Source: Chthonomonadales bacterium (lineage in GTDB: Bacteria; Armatimonadota; Chthonomonadetes; Chthonomonadales; CAJBBX01). From it: a stretch of DNA of 63,567 nt. Below, piece after piece: positions 28,000-38,156 of this stretch. Each line of letters begins with the position of its first letter. Positions within the stretch are counted from its first letter, which is position 1. The notes beneath the pieces are model-generated. The model did not search any database. It saw only the letters and a program-made list of their open reading frames with translations, and was not told the DNA's origin. Where the stretch lies: the NCBI GenBank assembly GCA_049967475.1, contig JBMFSQ010000020.1, forward strand, positions 1 through 63,567, written 5' to 3'. Position numbers and translations under genes: made by a program.

Positions 28000-29991
28000 T
28001 CACTTGAGCCAGCCCGCCCGGTTGTAGAACGACACGCTGTAGGTGGTCACATGCGTCGCCATGCTGACGCTGGACCAGATCATTTCGGCAGCGAACTCCC
28101 CCAGGATCACTCCCGCCGCCACCAGCCGGAGCTTCTCGTACCCCTTCAGACCGGCGGCATGGTGCACGGCGAATTTCACCAAGAGTACGATGAGAAGGCC
28201 GAACCAGCAGTAGTCTATGCCGAAGTTCATTGAGAGGGCGTATCCCACAGGATGAAGCGGGAAGCCTGTGATGCGGGTGCGGATCGCATCCAGAAGCATC
28301 ACGAAGCTGAAGCCTCCGACTACCGAGAGCATGGCGGCTGGGTTAGGAGGATGGGGCTGCTCGCTCAACTGCCGGATGGCCGCATTGGGATCTCCCCACG
28401 ATGGTTGGGCTCCGTACATATAGCCTTGTAGAATATAAGCTCCCTGACCTACCGCCACGCCGAGCGCCGTAGCCGCCAGAACCGTCCAGAACAGCTTGCG
28501 CCCGGACACTCCGCATTGATCTGCAAGTTTGTATGCCTCGAGCTGATAGGGCATGGGGTCTGTTCGGTGGATGCGGTTCGTTACCAGGAACAGGTGGTAC
28601 ATCTTTACGGTTGCCGCTTCATTGAGCGCCTGGCTGCCCATAAAGTCAATTAGAAGCTGGTGCGGCCCCAGGAAAGCCATCTCATGGATGGGCGGCCCGA
28701 GCTGCGCCCTCATGCGCGTGAGCACTACGCTGAAAATGAGGAAGACACCGATGTATCCCACCACAAGGGTTGGGGAAAGGCCACACAGCCATCCGATGGA
28801 GCCAAGCCCAGCCAAGCAACCCAGCAAACCCAAGAAAGCCGCTCTGGGGCGCACCTCGCCCGCGCCAAAGGTGCTGCCATTCATGATGCGCCGCCATAGT
28901 TCTGCCAGGTAACCGCGCGAAAACAGAAGCGCACTCACAAAGAGACCCAGAAAAGCGCCCCAGGTCTGTTCGCTGAAATAAGGCGGGCCGGGCACCAGCC
29001 ACCCTCCTCCGAATACATCTTGCTGGTAACCGAACATGGCGGCTCCCACCTGTATCGCCTTGCGAAGGAAAAAGAAGAACACGCACGAGAAGAGCAGATC
29101 CGTCGGCATGAATACCCCGATGGCGCACATGTACGGGAAGATGCCTAGCGACGTCCAGCCTATGGCAGTCCATGGATTGTCCTGAAGCCAGGGGAGGACA
29201 TCCGTGAGCCTCCCCACCAAGAAGCGTACATTGATGGAGGGGATGAGCGGGTTCATAAAGGCAAAGCCGTTCAGCAGATCCACGCCGAACATTACGGCGA
29301 AGGCGCCCCATAGCCAGGGACTGCGCCAGGCAGGGTCCTGAGGCCGCGTAAGAAGAAGGGGCACCTGAATGATGGGGAATGCCAGCTTTTCACGCCGACA
29401 CCATAGCTCGTGCATGAGGGTGTTGATGCACAGCATCGCGCCGCAAAGCAGGGTGAAGAGCACGGTCCAGGCGGCAATGGGGCGGGCCCATAGGCTCCAC
29501 CTACCAACGAAGTGCCATAGCCCGTATCCTCCGCGGCGGTAATCCTCCAGGGGTCGAGGATCCGTAAAGAAGAACCACTTCGGCAGGTAGGGAAGAATAT
29601 GCTCGCGATCCCATGGGCTTCGGTCGCTGAACAGGGCGTAGGAATGGATGTATTGATTGTTGATGAGGAGCCATTCCGCGCACATTGCACCTGCAACCGA
29701 GAGGAAGGCGTAGAAGAGGGCAAGTTCCGTGCTTGTAAGGGCCCAGCCTGCCGCCACCCTGCGCACCCCGGCGTTGAGAAGAGCCACTGCCATGAGCGCG
29801 CAGAGCGGCGGCACCAGCAGCGAGAAGATCACGTCGCTCATCATGGCCGAGGACCAAAAGGCCACGAGGGGCAACAGCAGAATGGCCAGAAGGAGCGGTC
29901 GGACGAGGCTCCCCCGCCGATCAGAAGCCGCAGCGGATGGCGCCACGTTCTCTCCTCGGAGCTGTGCGCCTTGCGGAATGTTCACGCCCAT
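28000..29991 (-). CDS. DUF6785/DUF6784-like polytopic membrane protein
   Basis: About 16-18 hydrophobic segments; EL..FY, W..REKLAFP and PLHPVGY motifs recalled for this family. Confidence 0.7.
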   Translation of the reverse strand: MGVNIPQGAQLRGENVAPSAAASDRRGSLVRPLLLAILLLPLVAFWSSAMMSDVIFSLLVPPLCALMAVALLNAGVRRVAAGWALTSTELALFYAFLSVAGAMCAEWLLINNQYIHSYALFSDRSPWDREHILPYLPKWFFFTDPRPLEDYRRGGYGLWHFVGRWSLWARPIAAWTVLFTLLCGAMLCINTLMHELWCRREKLAFPIIQVPLLLTRPQDPAWRSPWLWGAFAVMFGVDLLNGFAFMNPLIPSINVRFLVGRLTDVLPWLQDNPWTAIGWTSLGIFPYMCAIGVFMPTDLLFSCVFFFFLRKAIQVGAAMFGYQQDVFGGGWLVPGPPYFSEQTWGAFLGLFVSALLFSRGYLAELWRRIMNGSTFGAGEVRPRAAFLGLLGCLAGLGSIGWLCGLSPTLVVGYIGVFLIFSVVLTRMRAQLGPPIHEMAFLGPHQLLIDFMGSQALNEAATVKMYHLFLVTNRIHRTDPMPYQLEAYKLADQCGVSGRKLFWTVLAATALGVAVGQGAYILQGYMYGAQPSWGDPNAAIRQLSEQPHPPNPAAMLSVVGGFSFVMLLDAIRTRITGFPLHPVGYALSMNFGIDYCWFGLLIVLLVKFAVHHAAGLKGYEKLRLVAAGVILGEFAAEMIWSSVSMATHVTTYSVSFYNRAGWLK

Positions 29992-30105
29992 TAGTCGTCA
30001 AGCCGCCGAAAGGGGTGGCGCCCGCGCAGAGCGTCTACACGCTGGTAAGGGCCAAATTGAAGAGCACCATACACCCGGCAGAGTGGCGAACCTTTGGAGT
30101 TTGCA

Positions 30106-30151
30106 TTTGGAGCCGGGGCTGTGGAACACCGCACGGCGCCCCGGCTCCAAA
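30106..30151. terminator. Strong stem-loop just downstream of the isomerase gene
   Basis: Perfect 14-bp inverted repeat TTTGGAGCCGGGGC / GCCCCGGCTCCAAA. Confidence 0.6.
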
Positions 30152-30167
30152 GTGTTCAGGAGAGGTC

Positions 30168-30965
30168 TCAGCGGGCGCCGCACGCCTGCAGGCACGCCTG
30201 CATGTGCCCGCGTGACTCGGCAGCAATGATGCAGCAGCGTTCCAGGGCATAGTCTTTGGCGCCGATGATCTCCAGATCCAAAGGACCGTTGTAGCCGTTC
30301 TCGTGAAGCACCCGGATGTAACCCACCAGATCTATGTCGCCGCGCCCGTTTGCCTGGTTCTCGGGCGCTCCGGGCCCGGCTTGCCGTCCCTTGCAGTCAC
30401 GGATGTGCACATGCTTCACTCGCGACACCACAGCGGCGATAGCCTCCACGGGGTTCTCGCCGGCACGGTAGATGTGGGAGGGATCCATGTCTATACCGAA
30501 GGCGGGTGAGGAGATTGCCTCCATCGCCCGCAAGGTTGTGGGCGTGTTGTAGATGGCCGCTCCCACATGGGCCTTCACGCAGAGGGTGAGGCCATAGGTC
30601 TCTGCGCGGCGCGCCAGGCGATCCAGGGAGGCGATCACCTGCTTAAGACTCTCATCATCGCCGGACTTGCCGCCCGGCCCACAGTTGATGATCGGTATCC
30701 CGATCTCTACGGCCGCCTGGAACGCCTGCTCCATCTTCTCGGGGTCCTGCGAGGGCTGTTCCATGGCCAGCAGCTCCAGCCCGTAATCCTGAGACAGCTT
30801 CTTTATTTGGGGAGCGATCTCGCGCCACCGATCCAAAACGAGGTGTTCGCTCATCCCGTCTATCGCTGAAATCTCGATGCCGTCGTACCCGCACATAGCC
30901 AGGTACTTGAATGCGGTCTCCATGTCGTATCCGCCAAAGAGCACGGAATTGGCTCCCAGCTTCAT
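30168..30965 (-). CDS. Sugar-phosphate isomerase/epimerase (xylose-isomerase-like TIM barrel)
   Basis: GYDGIEI, DMDPSH, HVHIRD, G.GDID and GYNGPLDLE motifs; start at ATG 30965 after AAGGAG. Confidence 0.85.
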   Translation of the reverse strand: MKLGANSVLFGGYDMETAFKYLAMCGYDGIEISAIDGMSEHLVLDRWREIAPQIKKLSQDYGLELLAMEQPSQDPEKMEQAFQAAVEIGIPIINCGPGGKSGDDESLKQVIASLDRLARRAETYGLTLCVKAHVGAAIYNTPTTLRAMEAISSPAFGIDMDPSHIYRAGENPVEAIAAVVSRVKHVHIRDCKGRQAGPGAPENQANGRGDIDLVGYIRVLHENGYNGPLDLEIIGAKDYALERCCIIAAESRGHMQACLQACGAR

Positions 30966-31154
30966 AACCACTGCGCTCCTTCCAGTAAGGGTTGCAAATC
31001 TGCAGGAGGCATCCCCCGCGCGTATCATACGCCACAGCCATTGCGAATGCCTGCCCGCCAAAGCACGTTCCCAAGGAATACCTGTATAATACGGGTTGGG
31101 AGTAGCCGGCAGGCCCGGGCGAGGCCGGCCGCCGGCTGTCTAAGGAGGGGTGCC

Positions 31155-32246
31155 ATGGAAGACCTGTTGACCGCACATCTCACTCCTACCCGGTATTGGC
31201 ACAAACTGCCGGACGGACGCGTGCAGTGCGATCTTTGCCCCCGGGAATGCCGCCTTCACGAGGGTCAACGGGGCCTCTGCTTCGTTCGGGCGTGCCACGA
31301 TGATGCCATCGTTCTCACCACCTACGGCCGCTCCAGCGGCTTCTGCATAGATCCCATCGAAAAGAAGCCCCTCAACCATTTCCTGCCCGGCACCAGCGTC
31401 TTCTCCTTCGGAACGGCGGGGTGCAACCTCGCGTGCAAGTTCTGCCAGAATTGGGACATAAGCAAGTCCCGTGAGATGGACACGCTGATGGACGCAGCGT
31501 CGCCCCGGCAGATCGCCCAAACGGCTCACCGTCTCGGATGCCGGAGTGTCGCCTTCACGTACAATGATCCCGTAATCTTTATGGAGTACGCCATAGATGT
31601 GGCCCGCGCTTGCCGGGACTTGGATATCAAGACCGTGGCCGTAACCGCCGGATATATCAACCCCGAACCGCGCGAGGAGTTCTTCAAGTGGATGGACGCC
31701 GCCAACGTAGACCTCAAAGGCTTCACCGAGGATTTCTATTGGCGCGTGTGCGGGGGCCATCTTCAGCCGGTGTTGGATACGCTCGTGTATCTCAAGCGGC
31801 AAACCAACGTATGGCTGGAGATTACAACGCTCCTTATCCCCGGTGAGAACGATAGCGATGCGGAGATTGACGCCATGACGCAGTGGGTTGTCGAGAACCT
31901 GGGCCCGTCCGTGCCTCACCATTTTACGGCTTTCCATCCGGATTGGAAGATGCGCAACCACCCGCCCACGCCGGTCGCGACCCTCCGCCGGGCCCGTGCC
32001 ATCGCCATGCGCAACGGCGAGCGTTACGCCTATACCGGCAATGTGCATGACCCTGAAGGAGGGACCACGTACTGCCACAACTGCGGGGCTGCCCTCATCC
32101 GCCGAGACGGATACGACATCCTCGGATACCACCTAACAGACACCGGGGAGTGCCGCACCTGCGGGACGCCGTGCGCGGGAGTATTCCAGGGACCGCCGGG
32201 CACGTGGGGTCCTCGGCGGTTGCCCGTGCGCCTTTCGGCAGTCTAG
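31155..32246 (+). CDS. amrS: AmmeMemoRadiSam system radical SAM enzyme
   Basis: N-terminal CDLCPREC...C; DPIEKKPLNHF; CNLACKFC (CX3CX2C) QNWDIS; YTGNV...TYC..C. Confidence 0.92.
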   Translation: MEDLLTAHLTPTRYWHKLPDGRVQCDLCPRECRLHEGQRGLCFVRACHDDAIVLTTYGRSSGFCIDPIEKKPLNHFLPGTSVFSFGTAGCNLACKFCQNWDISKSREMDTLMDAASPRQIAQTAHRLGCRSVAFTYNDPVIFMEYAIDVARACRDLDIKTVAVTAGYINPEPREEFFKWMDAANVDLKGFTEDFYWRVCGGHLQPVLDTLVYLKRQTNVWLEITTLLIPGENDSDAEIDAMTQWVVENLGPSVPHHFTAFHPDWKMRNHPPTPVATLRRARAIAMRNGERYAYTGNVHDPEGGTTYCHNCGAALIRRDGYDILGYHLTDTGECRTCGTPCAGVFQGPPGTWGPRRLPVRLSAV

Positions 32247-32310
32247 GGCCGTTGGGGAAAGGATGCGGGCCGGAGAATGAACGCCTCAGACCCGCATCCA
32301 TGATCGTGCT

Positions 32311-32523
32311 TTACTTGCCGCTGTCGGATGCGCCGGAGCCCCCGCGCGGCAGCACCAGCGTGCCGCCCTTGGCGCGCGCATTCGCCATACCCGGATACGG
32401 GGAAGGATGTTCGGCTGTTGGAACCGGCGGCGTTGGTTGCTGGTGGGTGCATCCCCACATCCCAGCCATTGCCAATACTGCTGCACACCAGTGCCGGGCC
32501 CGGCGGCGAACGATGTTCTTCAC
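32311..32523 (-). CDS. Small lipoprotein co-transcribed with the prepilin-like gene
   Basis: AAGGAGG RBS then GTG; basic N-terminus, hydrophobic core, MWGC lipobox-like site, Pro-rich tail. Confidence 0.65.
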   Translation of the reverse strand: MKNIVRRRARHWCAAVLAMAGMWGCTHQQPTPPVPTAEHPSPYPGMANARAKGGTLVLPRGGSGASDSGK

Positions 32524-32536
32524 CGCGTTCCTCCTT

Positions 32537-33391
32537 CTAGTTCGGCCAGAACACGCCTCCCAAAGCGGCAATGTTCGCATTCGTCAACAATGTGCCGCAG
32601 GGTTGATCGGGTAAACCGTATCCCACCTCGGTGAGAGGGAGGATCTCTGCCGGATCAGCGCACCATTTGGCACGATCCGCTTCGGCGGACGGTGCGGCGA
32701 AATTGTGGCCCCCTATCGTGAAGCCCACCCACTGCATGTTCTTGGCGTGACCATCTGCAAAGGCTACGTTGAAGCGCCCGTTGTGACGCAGGCTGCTGTT
32801 GCGGGCCGGCCCCCGGTAGGAATCCAGGATCCAATCCGCACCCATGGTGGGGCGGTACGTGTCGTAGCTGTCGCTGTAAACGAAAACGTCTGCAGGCGCA
32901 ACGAGGGAAGCCAGCGATTTGCCTTCCTGGTAATCCTGACCCCATGGGGTACGTTGTGCCCGCTCCAAAACGCCGCCCCCTGCGTAGATGAGGACGCCCC
33001 AGTTGTAACCGTAGTTGAACTTCGGACCCGGCGTAGGAACTCCCAAAAGCTGCGCGATTTTAGGGCGCCAGGTGTCGCACTCGGATGCAGAGGCGGATGG
33101 ACATCGCCAAACCTGCACGTTCTTGATGTACGGGTACACCAGAAGGTACTCCGCCGCGCGTTCTACACCGCCCCAACCTCCGTAGACCATGGGGAAGCGT
33201 TCGTCATAGTCCTGAACGTACATTGCCACCGATGTACCCATCTGTTTAAGGTTGGAAAGACAGCTCGTTTTGCGGGCCTGTTCCCGCGCTTGGGCAAAAA
33301 CGGGGAACAAAATCGCCGCGAGGATCGCGATGATCGCAATCACAACGAGCAGCTCGATGAGGGTAAAGCCGATACGTCTGTGATGGTTCAT
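32537..33391 (-). CDS. Prepilin-type N-terminal cleavage/methylation protein with H-X9-DG motif (DUF1559-like)
   Basis: [50 protein letters not shown]. Confidence 0.92.
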   Translation of the reverse strand: MNHHRRIGFTLIELLVVIAIIAILAAILFPVFAQAREQARKTSCLSNLKQMGTSVAMYVQDYDERFPMVYGGWGGVERAAEYLLVYPYIKNVQVWRCPSASASECDTWRPKIAQLLGVPTPGPKFNYGYNWGVLIYAGGGVLERAQRTPWGQDYQEGKSLASLVAPADVFVYSDSYDTYRPTMGADWILDSYRGPARNSSLRHNGRFNVAFADGHAKNMQWVGFTIGGHNFAAPSAEADRAKWCADPAEILPLTEVGYGLPDQPCGTLLTNANIAALGGVFWPN

Positions 33392-33667
33392 AACCTCTCC
33401 TTCCTTCCCAAAAGCGGAACGTGTTTCAGACGCCGCCTGCCGGCAGCACAAGTTGCACCGATGCCTCGGCGTGAACATGGTTTATCGCCTCCTTTTTGTT
33501 GACGGGAACGCACGGAGGGAGAAGAATGGGCATTGCCGGCGCTTCGCTCCGTCGTTGTTCCAGTCACCAGGCTTAGGGCATGAACCCCAGTTGCGATGCT
33601 ATTGAACCCGGCGGTTGTTAACTGACGCTTAAAGTCCGGTTACCTGCGAATTAAGGGGCGTTCCGAT

Positions 33668-33696
33668 TTGACGTTGCAGATGGGGTGTGTTATAAT
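33668..33696 (+). promoter_or_regulatory. Sigma-70 promoter
   Basis: TTGACG-17 bp-TATAAT with extended TG. Confidence 0.72.
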
Positions 33697-33750
33697 CGCG
33701 GCGACGGCCGGCAAGCGCGTTACCCTTTTGCTGTTGAGGGAGGCGCCAGG

Positions 33751-34014
33751 ATGGGTATTGGGCCAACGGATCTTCCGGTAACTCCGATCCGGGAGGGCGA
33801 GGCCGTTCGGCGCGTGGAGCGAGAAGCCGAGGCGCGGGATTTGGGGCAGCGGCAGCCTCCCGGCGGCGAAGGGCGCAAGAAGCGGCCCGCTCCGAAGCCG
33901 CAGCCGGATGCCGTTGAGATCTCAACGGAACCGGAGGCTGAACCTGCGCCGCCGGCATCCCCGGCACAGGAGGCCGCCGAGCAAGACGGACACCGCCTCG
34001 ACATCACTGCGTGA
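33751..34014 (+). CDS. Small disordered hypothetical protein ending in LDITA
   Basis: GGAGG RBS and promoter; charged, Pro-rich; conserved-looking C-terminal GHRLDITA. Confidence 0.7.
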   Translation: MGIGPTDLPVTPIREGEAVRRVEREAEARDLGQRQPPGGEGRKKRPAPKPQPDAVEISTEPEAEPAPPASPAQEAAEQDGHRLDITA

Positions 34015-34085
34015 TCGGAGCTGCGGCCGCAGATTTATCGCCCGCGAACGGCGCCTTTGGCGGAAGCAGGCCGGCTTGTAGGTGG

Positions 34086-34580
34086 ATGCACATCGGTATG
34101 GACGTCCTGGGGCCTATTGTGCTCGTGGTCAACATCCTCCTGCTCGTTGGAGGATGGATCCTGTTCCAGCAAGCCAAATCGGAGCTCACCAGCCGCGCCG
34201 CTCAGATACCGGTTCTCACAGAGCTCAGAGAGCTTCACAAGAGCATAGCGGCGCTTATTGAGCGGCTGCGCCTCGAAGCAGATCAGGCGTCTGCGCAATT
34301 GGAGGCCCGGTGTACTCAAGCGCGGGAGCTTCTTATGGCCTTGGAGCGCAAGCTGGAACAGCTCCATGCGGAAGCGCCCGGGGAGTCGGGCCATCCCCGC
34401 AGCGAAGAGCCCCCAGCGCATTCAGGAACCCAGTCGCGCCATACCGCCGTATACGCTCTGGCAGACCAAGGGCTTCCTCCAAGCGAGATTGCCCGGCGAA
34501 GCGGCCTCTCGGCCGGAGAAGTGGAACTCATCCTAGGGATGCGCCGGCGGGATGCCTCGCATCCCGGAGCGGGCGAATGA
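34086..34580 (+). CDS. Membrane-anchored coiled-coil protein with C-terminal HTH-like module (DUF2802/DUF6115-like)
   Basis: One TM helix, coiled coil, VYALADQG...EIAR..GLS.GEVELIL; start uncertain (34011/34086/34098). Confidence 0.68.
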   Translation: MHIGMDVLGPIVLVVNILLLVGGWILFQQAKSELTSRAAQIPVLTELRELHKSIAALIERLRLEADQASAQLEARCTQARELLMALERKLEQLHAEAPGESGHPRSEEPPAHSGTQSRHTAVYALADQGLPPSEIARRSGLSAGEVELILGMRRRDASHPGAGE

Positions 34581-35683
34581 AGCCGCTCCTACCGGCAGGC
34601 AGGCCGTGCTTCCACCGCCATTTCATGATCAAGGAGACCTTCATTTTGAAACGACATGGTTGTAAGCCGCTTGCTGCTGCAATCGTTGCGCTTGCCCTCG
34701 TGGGATGCGGGCATTCGCAGAAAGTTGTAGCCCATGTGAATAACGACGTGATCACTGAGGACGAATTCAACCAGCGGACGCGCGACGTTACCGCCGCGAA
34801 CCTGGCGCCGTCCCTCGCTCCGGGTGGGCCCAGGGGACCTGCCAAGGCCGGCGAATTTGCTATGGACTCCCTCATCGCGGAGAAGCTCATCCTGCAGCTC
34901 GCAGCCGAGCGCCACTGCACGCCCACCGATGCGCAGATCAACGCCTATATCGCCTTCGCCAAGAAGTATCGCGATCCCCGTTATACGTTCATGCCCTACG
35001 ACCCGGCGCGGTCCGATGCCGATTGGTACCGCGATGCCCGGTATACGGTAGCCTTCCTGAATATGGTAAAGCAGCAAGCCAAAATCACGGATGCCGACCT
35101 CAAGAGCATCTACGACAAATACCACACGCGCCTCCGTGAGCCCGATATGTACCATTTGCGCATCATAGATATCCGCGAGAAAGACAAAGCCCTCAAGGCC
35201 CTGGCGTCCCTCAAGAAGCTGCCCTTCGAGACGGTGGCCCTTACGCAATCGGAGGATCCCGTGTCTGGTCCTAGGAGTGGCGACGTAGGCTTCGTGGCCG
35301 AGCAGCAGATTCCAGGACCGGTGCTTCAGGCTGTCAAGAAGCTTAAGCCCGGAGAGTACACTCCCCAGATCATTCCCGCCAAAGTCAACCCCTGGAATGT
35401 GGCCCCGGGACCAGGCGCGCCGGTGGAAACGCGGTATTTTATTGCCCAGCTCGTGGACAAGAAGGTGGGCCGGATCCCCACTATGGAAGAGGTTCGGCCC
35501 CTGCTGGAGAACGCGGCTATTGAACAGAAGGATCCCGGGGCGGTTCAGCGCGTTCAGAACGCACTGCGCGAGTACCAGCAAAAGGCTCGCATTACCATCA
35601 ACCTGAAGCCCTACGACGCCTTGTTCGAAAAGACGCGGAGGGCCTCGGCCCAGCAACCCGCTGCGACGCCCTCTGCGCCGTAG
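34577..35683 (+). CDS. Parvulin-type peptidyl-prolyl isomerase lipoprotein (PrsA/SurA-like)
   Basis: Lipobox LVGC; VAHVN..IT; F..VA...SED..S...GDVGF; start uncertain. Confidence 0.8.
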   Translation: MKPLLPAGRPCFHRHFMIKETFILKRHGCKPLAAAIVALALVGCGHSQKVVAHVNNDVITEDEFNQRTRDVTAANLAPSLAPGGPRGPAKAGEFAMDSLIAEKLILQLAAERHCTPTDAQINAYIAFAKKYRDPRYTFMPYDPARSDADWYRDARYTVAFLNMVKQQAKITDADLKSIYDKYHTRLREPDMYHLRIIDIREKDKALKALASLKKLPFETVALTQSEDPVSGPRSGDVGFVAEQQIPGPVLQAVKKLKPGEYTPQIIPAKVNPWNVAPGPGAPVETRYFIAQLVDKKVGRIPTMEEVRPLLENAAIEQKDPGAVQRVQNALREYQQKARITINLKPYDALFEKTRRASAQQPAATPSAP

Positions 35684-35783
35684 CACAGCGGCCGGGTGCA
35701 AACCTCGGGCGATCGTAGATTTGGCATGGCGCGGCGGCAGGCGGCATTCCTCGCGTGAGGCGCCGCTTTAGTGGGGTGCTCGT

Positions 35784-38156
35784 CTAGGCCATTCCGATGC
35801 GTTTGCGCGCTGCCCATTCCAGGGCGAGCGGCACAACGAAGAGCATCAGGAAGATAGGTGCGTTCCAAAGGTCTATCTCCACCTGGCTCCGTACCACGTG
35901 TTCACGTGCTTTCAGGGATGCCATCCAGGAAGCCAGTTCGTCGGGACGGTAGAAGCGGCCTCCGCCTGCGGCGGCGATCTTCTTGAGCAGGGTTTCGTTC
36001 ATTTCCGGCTGCTGCTGTTCCAATGCAGGTGCTTCCACCAAGAACTCCGCCTTGGCTGCGGATCGAGGATCCTGGGGCGAAGCCAATGTAATTTGGAACT
36101 TGCCTGCGCGGTCGGCCAGCATCTGACCGGCGAAGAGGCCGGGGGAACTCGGAATGGCGCTCAACATCACGCGCCTGGGAGCGCCATCTGCGCCGGACAC
36201 TTGCGCCGCCACCGCACTCGCCTTGACGGGGTGGTAGAAGGCATCCAGCACGCGGGCGTGGAAGGTAATCGTGTCGCCTAGGAGATGTTCGGGCCGATCT
36301 ACGCTCACTTGAACGAAGCGGTTTCCGCCGGGCGTCTCTTCCGGGCTCATCGTGCGGATCACCTGCCCCCAGAAGCGGTAGAAGTACTTGTCGCCTACGC
36401 GCCAGCGCCAGCGCCACGTGCTGTCCACTGTGCTCATGAGGCATCGGCCTGCTCCGAAGGGCTGAACCGCCAGGACGATGCGCTTGCCGAAGGCATTGCT
36501 CCGTAGGGGGTTCACCGCAAGGACTGTAGCGCCGGGTTTGGCGCGCTCCACGCCGGCGCACCAGTACATCCCGGGCAGGTCCCGCCAGATGCGTTCGTTT
36601 TCAGCCGGACTGTCGGAGAGCCGCAAGAGAGGATCCTGCATCCCAGCCGGCGTCCTCTCCCATTGGAACGGCTCGTCCGTCTTCACTTGTTCCGGAAAGG
36701 GCCCCAACACTACGGGGAAGAGGGCTTCCAACGAGGTGGACTTGTACTCGTAGGGCATGTGCCGCTCACCGGCGATTACTACCAAACTTCCCCCGCGATC
36801 CTCTACGAAGCGGCGGATGTTGTGGAGCTGTGCATCGGTGAAATAGGCGCGGGGTACGTCACCCAGAATCAGCAGGTCATAGGCAAAGAGGCTCTTTTCG
36901 TCCGACGGGAAGGCATAGATGGGCACATTTCCCTCGCCTCCCAATCGGGCATCGGCGCTCACGAGAATGCATGAAAAGAGGATCTGGGTGTCTCGGCGGA
37001 TGGCATTCTTCAAATACCGATACTCCCACCGGGGCTCCCCTTCTACATAGAGGATCCTTAGGCGCTTGCTCACAACCTTTTGGAGGAAACGCCGGGAGTT
37101 GTTGCGCAGGGTTACCTCTCCAGGCAGCGGCGACACCGACACGGTATACGTGAAGGTTCCCACTTGTTTGGGTGTGTAGGTGAAACGAACCGTCTGTTTG
37201 CGCGCATCGGCGGCCAGCCTCAAAGTCTGCCGGCCGATAACGGTGTTGCCGCGCTGCAGTGTCACCGTGACCGTCCTCCCGGCGTAGCCGCGCTGAGAGA
37301 TGCCGGCAAATACTTGCACGATATTGTCTTTGCGCACCACTTCATCCGTAAGAGCTTCGGTTAGGGCCACATCCCGAGTAGGGGTGGGGTCTCCGATGCC
37401 CAGAGTACTCACGGGGATGCCCTGCTGGCGGCACTCTGCGGCAACAGTCACGGGATCTTCGCCCAGGTTGCTGCCCCCGTCACTCAGAAGAAGGATGCCC
37501 GCCACGTCCTGGCCGGCGAGGTCGTTCATCATATGCCGCAGGGCTACTCCGATTTGGGTGGAACCACCATGGACGGCATCGGGCGTTGCAGGCAGGCGAT
37601 ACTCTGCAAGCTTTCGGCTTTCCGTTGGAAGCGGCACGCTCTGGGCGTCGGAGGCAAAGCGGTAGAGGTAGACCCGGTACCGTCGCGCCAGGGTTGCGAT
37701 GAGGCGTGTCCGCGGATTATCTGCCAGGCGCTCCACGATTTCCGCCCGCGTGAGGCCCGCCGCGCTCCCGCCTATGGCGCGCGCCGTGGCTTGAGCGAGG
37801 GGTGGCGGCAGCCGCGGATCCCGCAAGCCCATGCTCTGAGACACGTCCACGCCCACAGCAACGGCAGTCCGAACAGGCTCGGACCGGTCGAGGCGCAGCA
37901 TGGGCTGAAGCAGCATTGCCAAAAGAGCCGCCACGGCAATCAGCCGAAGCATCAAAAGGGGGATCTTCACCCACAGCGAGGGCCGATTGCCATCCCTAAG
38001 GTACTGATATCCGAACCACAGGACTGCTGCTGCCAGCACGAGGGCAACGGCGGTGCGGGCGTGCCCTCCGGCGAAATAGAGGTGGGCTCGCTCCAAGGTT
38101 GCCTCGGATGTGCCGCCGGCTCCGAACAGCCACCGCTGCCACGGGGTGAGGTGCAT
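35784..38156 (-). CDS. Membrane protein with VWA, Ig-like and glutamine-amidotransferase-like domains
   Basis: N-terminal TMs with LRL..L..P; MIDAS-type DVSQS and LSDG; ILYVEGEPRWEYRYL; WRWR; C-terminal EW..RK. Confidence 0.8.
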   Translation of the reverse strand: MHLTPWQRWLFGAGGTSEATLERAHLYFAGGHARTAVALVLAAAVLWFGYQYLRDGNRPSLWVKIPLLMLRLIAVAALLAMLLQPMLRLDRSEPVRTAVAVGVDVSQSMGLRDPRLPPPLAQATARAIGGSAAGLTRAEIVERLADNPRTRLIATLARRYRVYLYRFASDAQSVPLPTESRKLAEYRLPATPDAVHGGSTQIGVALRHMMNDLAGQDVAGILLLSDGGSNLGEDPVTVAAECRQQGIPVSTLGIGDPTPTRDVALTEALTDEVVRKDNIVQVFAGISQRGYAGRTVTVTLQRGNTVIGRQTLRLAADARKQTVRFTYTPKQVGTFTYTVSVSPLPGEVTLRNNSRRFLQKVVSKRLRILYVEGEPRWEYRYLKNAIRRDTQILFSCILVSADARLGGEGNVPIYAFPSDEKSLFAYDLLILGDVPRAYFTDAQLHNIRRFVEDRGGSLVVIAGERHMPYEYKSTSLEALFPVVLGPFPEQVKTDEPFQWERTPAGMQDPLLRLSDSPAENERIWRDLPGMYWCAGVERAKPGATVLAVNPLRSNAFGKRIVLAVQPFGAGRCLMSTVDSTWRWRWRVGDKYFYRFWGQVIRTMSPEETPGGNRFVQVSVDRPEHLLGDTITFHARVLDAFYHPVKASAVAAQVSGADGAPRRVMLSAIPSSPGLFAGQMLADRAGKFQITLASPQDPRSAAKAEFLVEAPALEQQQPEMNETLLKKIAAAGGGRFYRPDELASWMASLKAREHVVRSQVEIDLWNAPIFLMLFVVPLALEWAARKRIGMA

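Noticed and set aside
26564..28027. 487-aa plus-strand ORF
   Set aside because: Antisense to the ABC substrate-binding gene; no independent RBS or domain signal.
33581..33609. TGAACCC direct repeat with 22-bp period upstream of the prepilin gene
   Set aside because: Only two 7-mers; could be a regulator site but is not distinguishable from chance.
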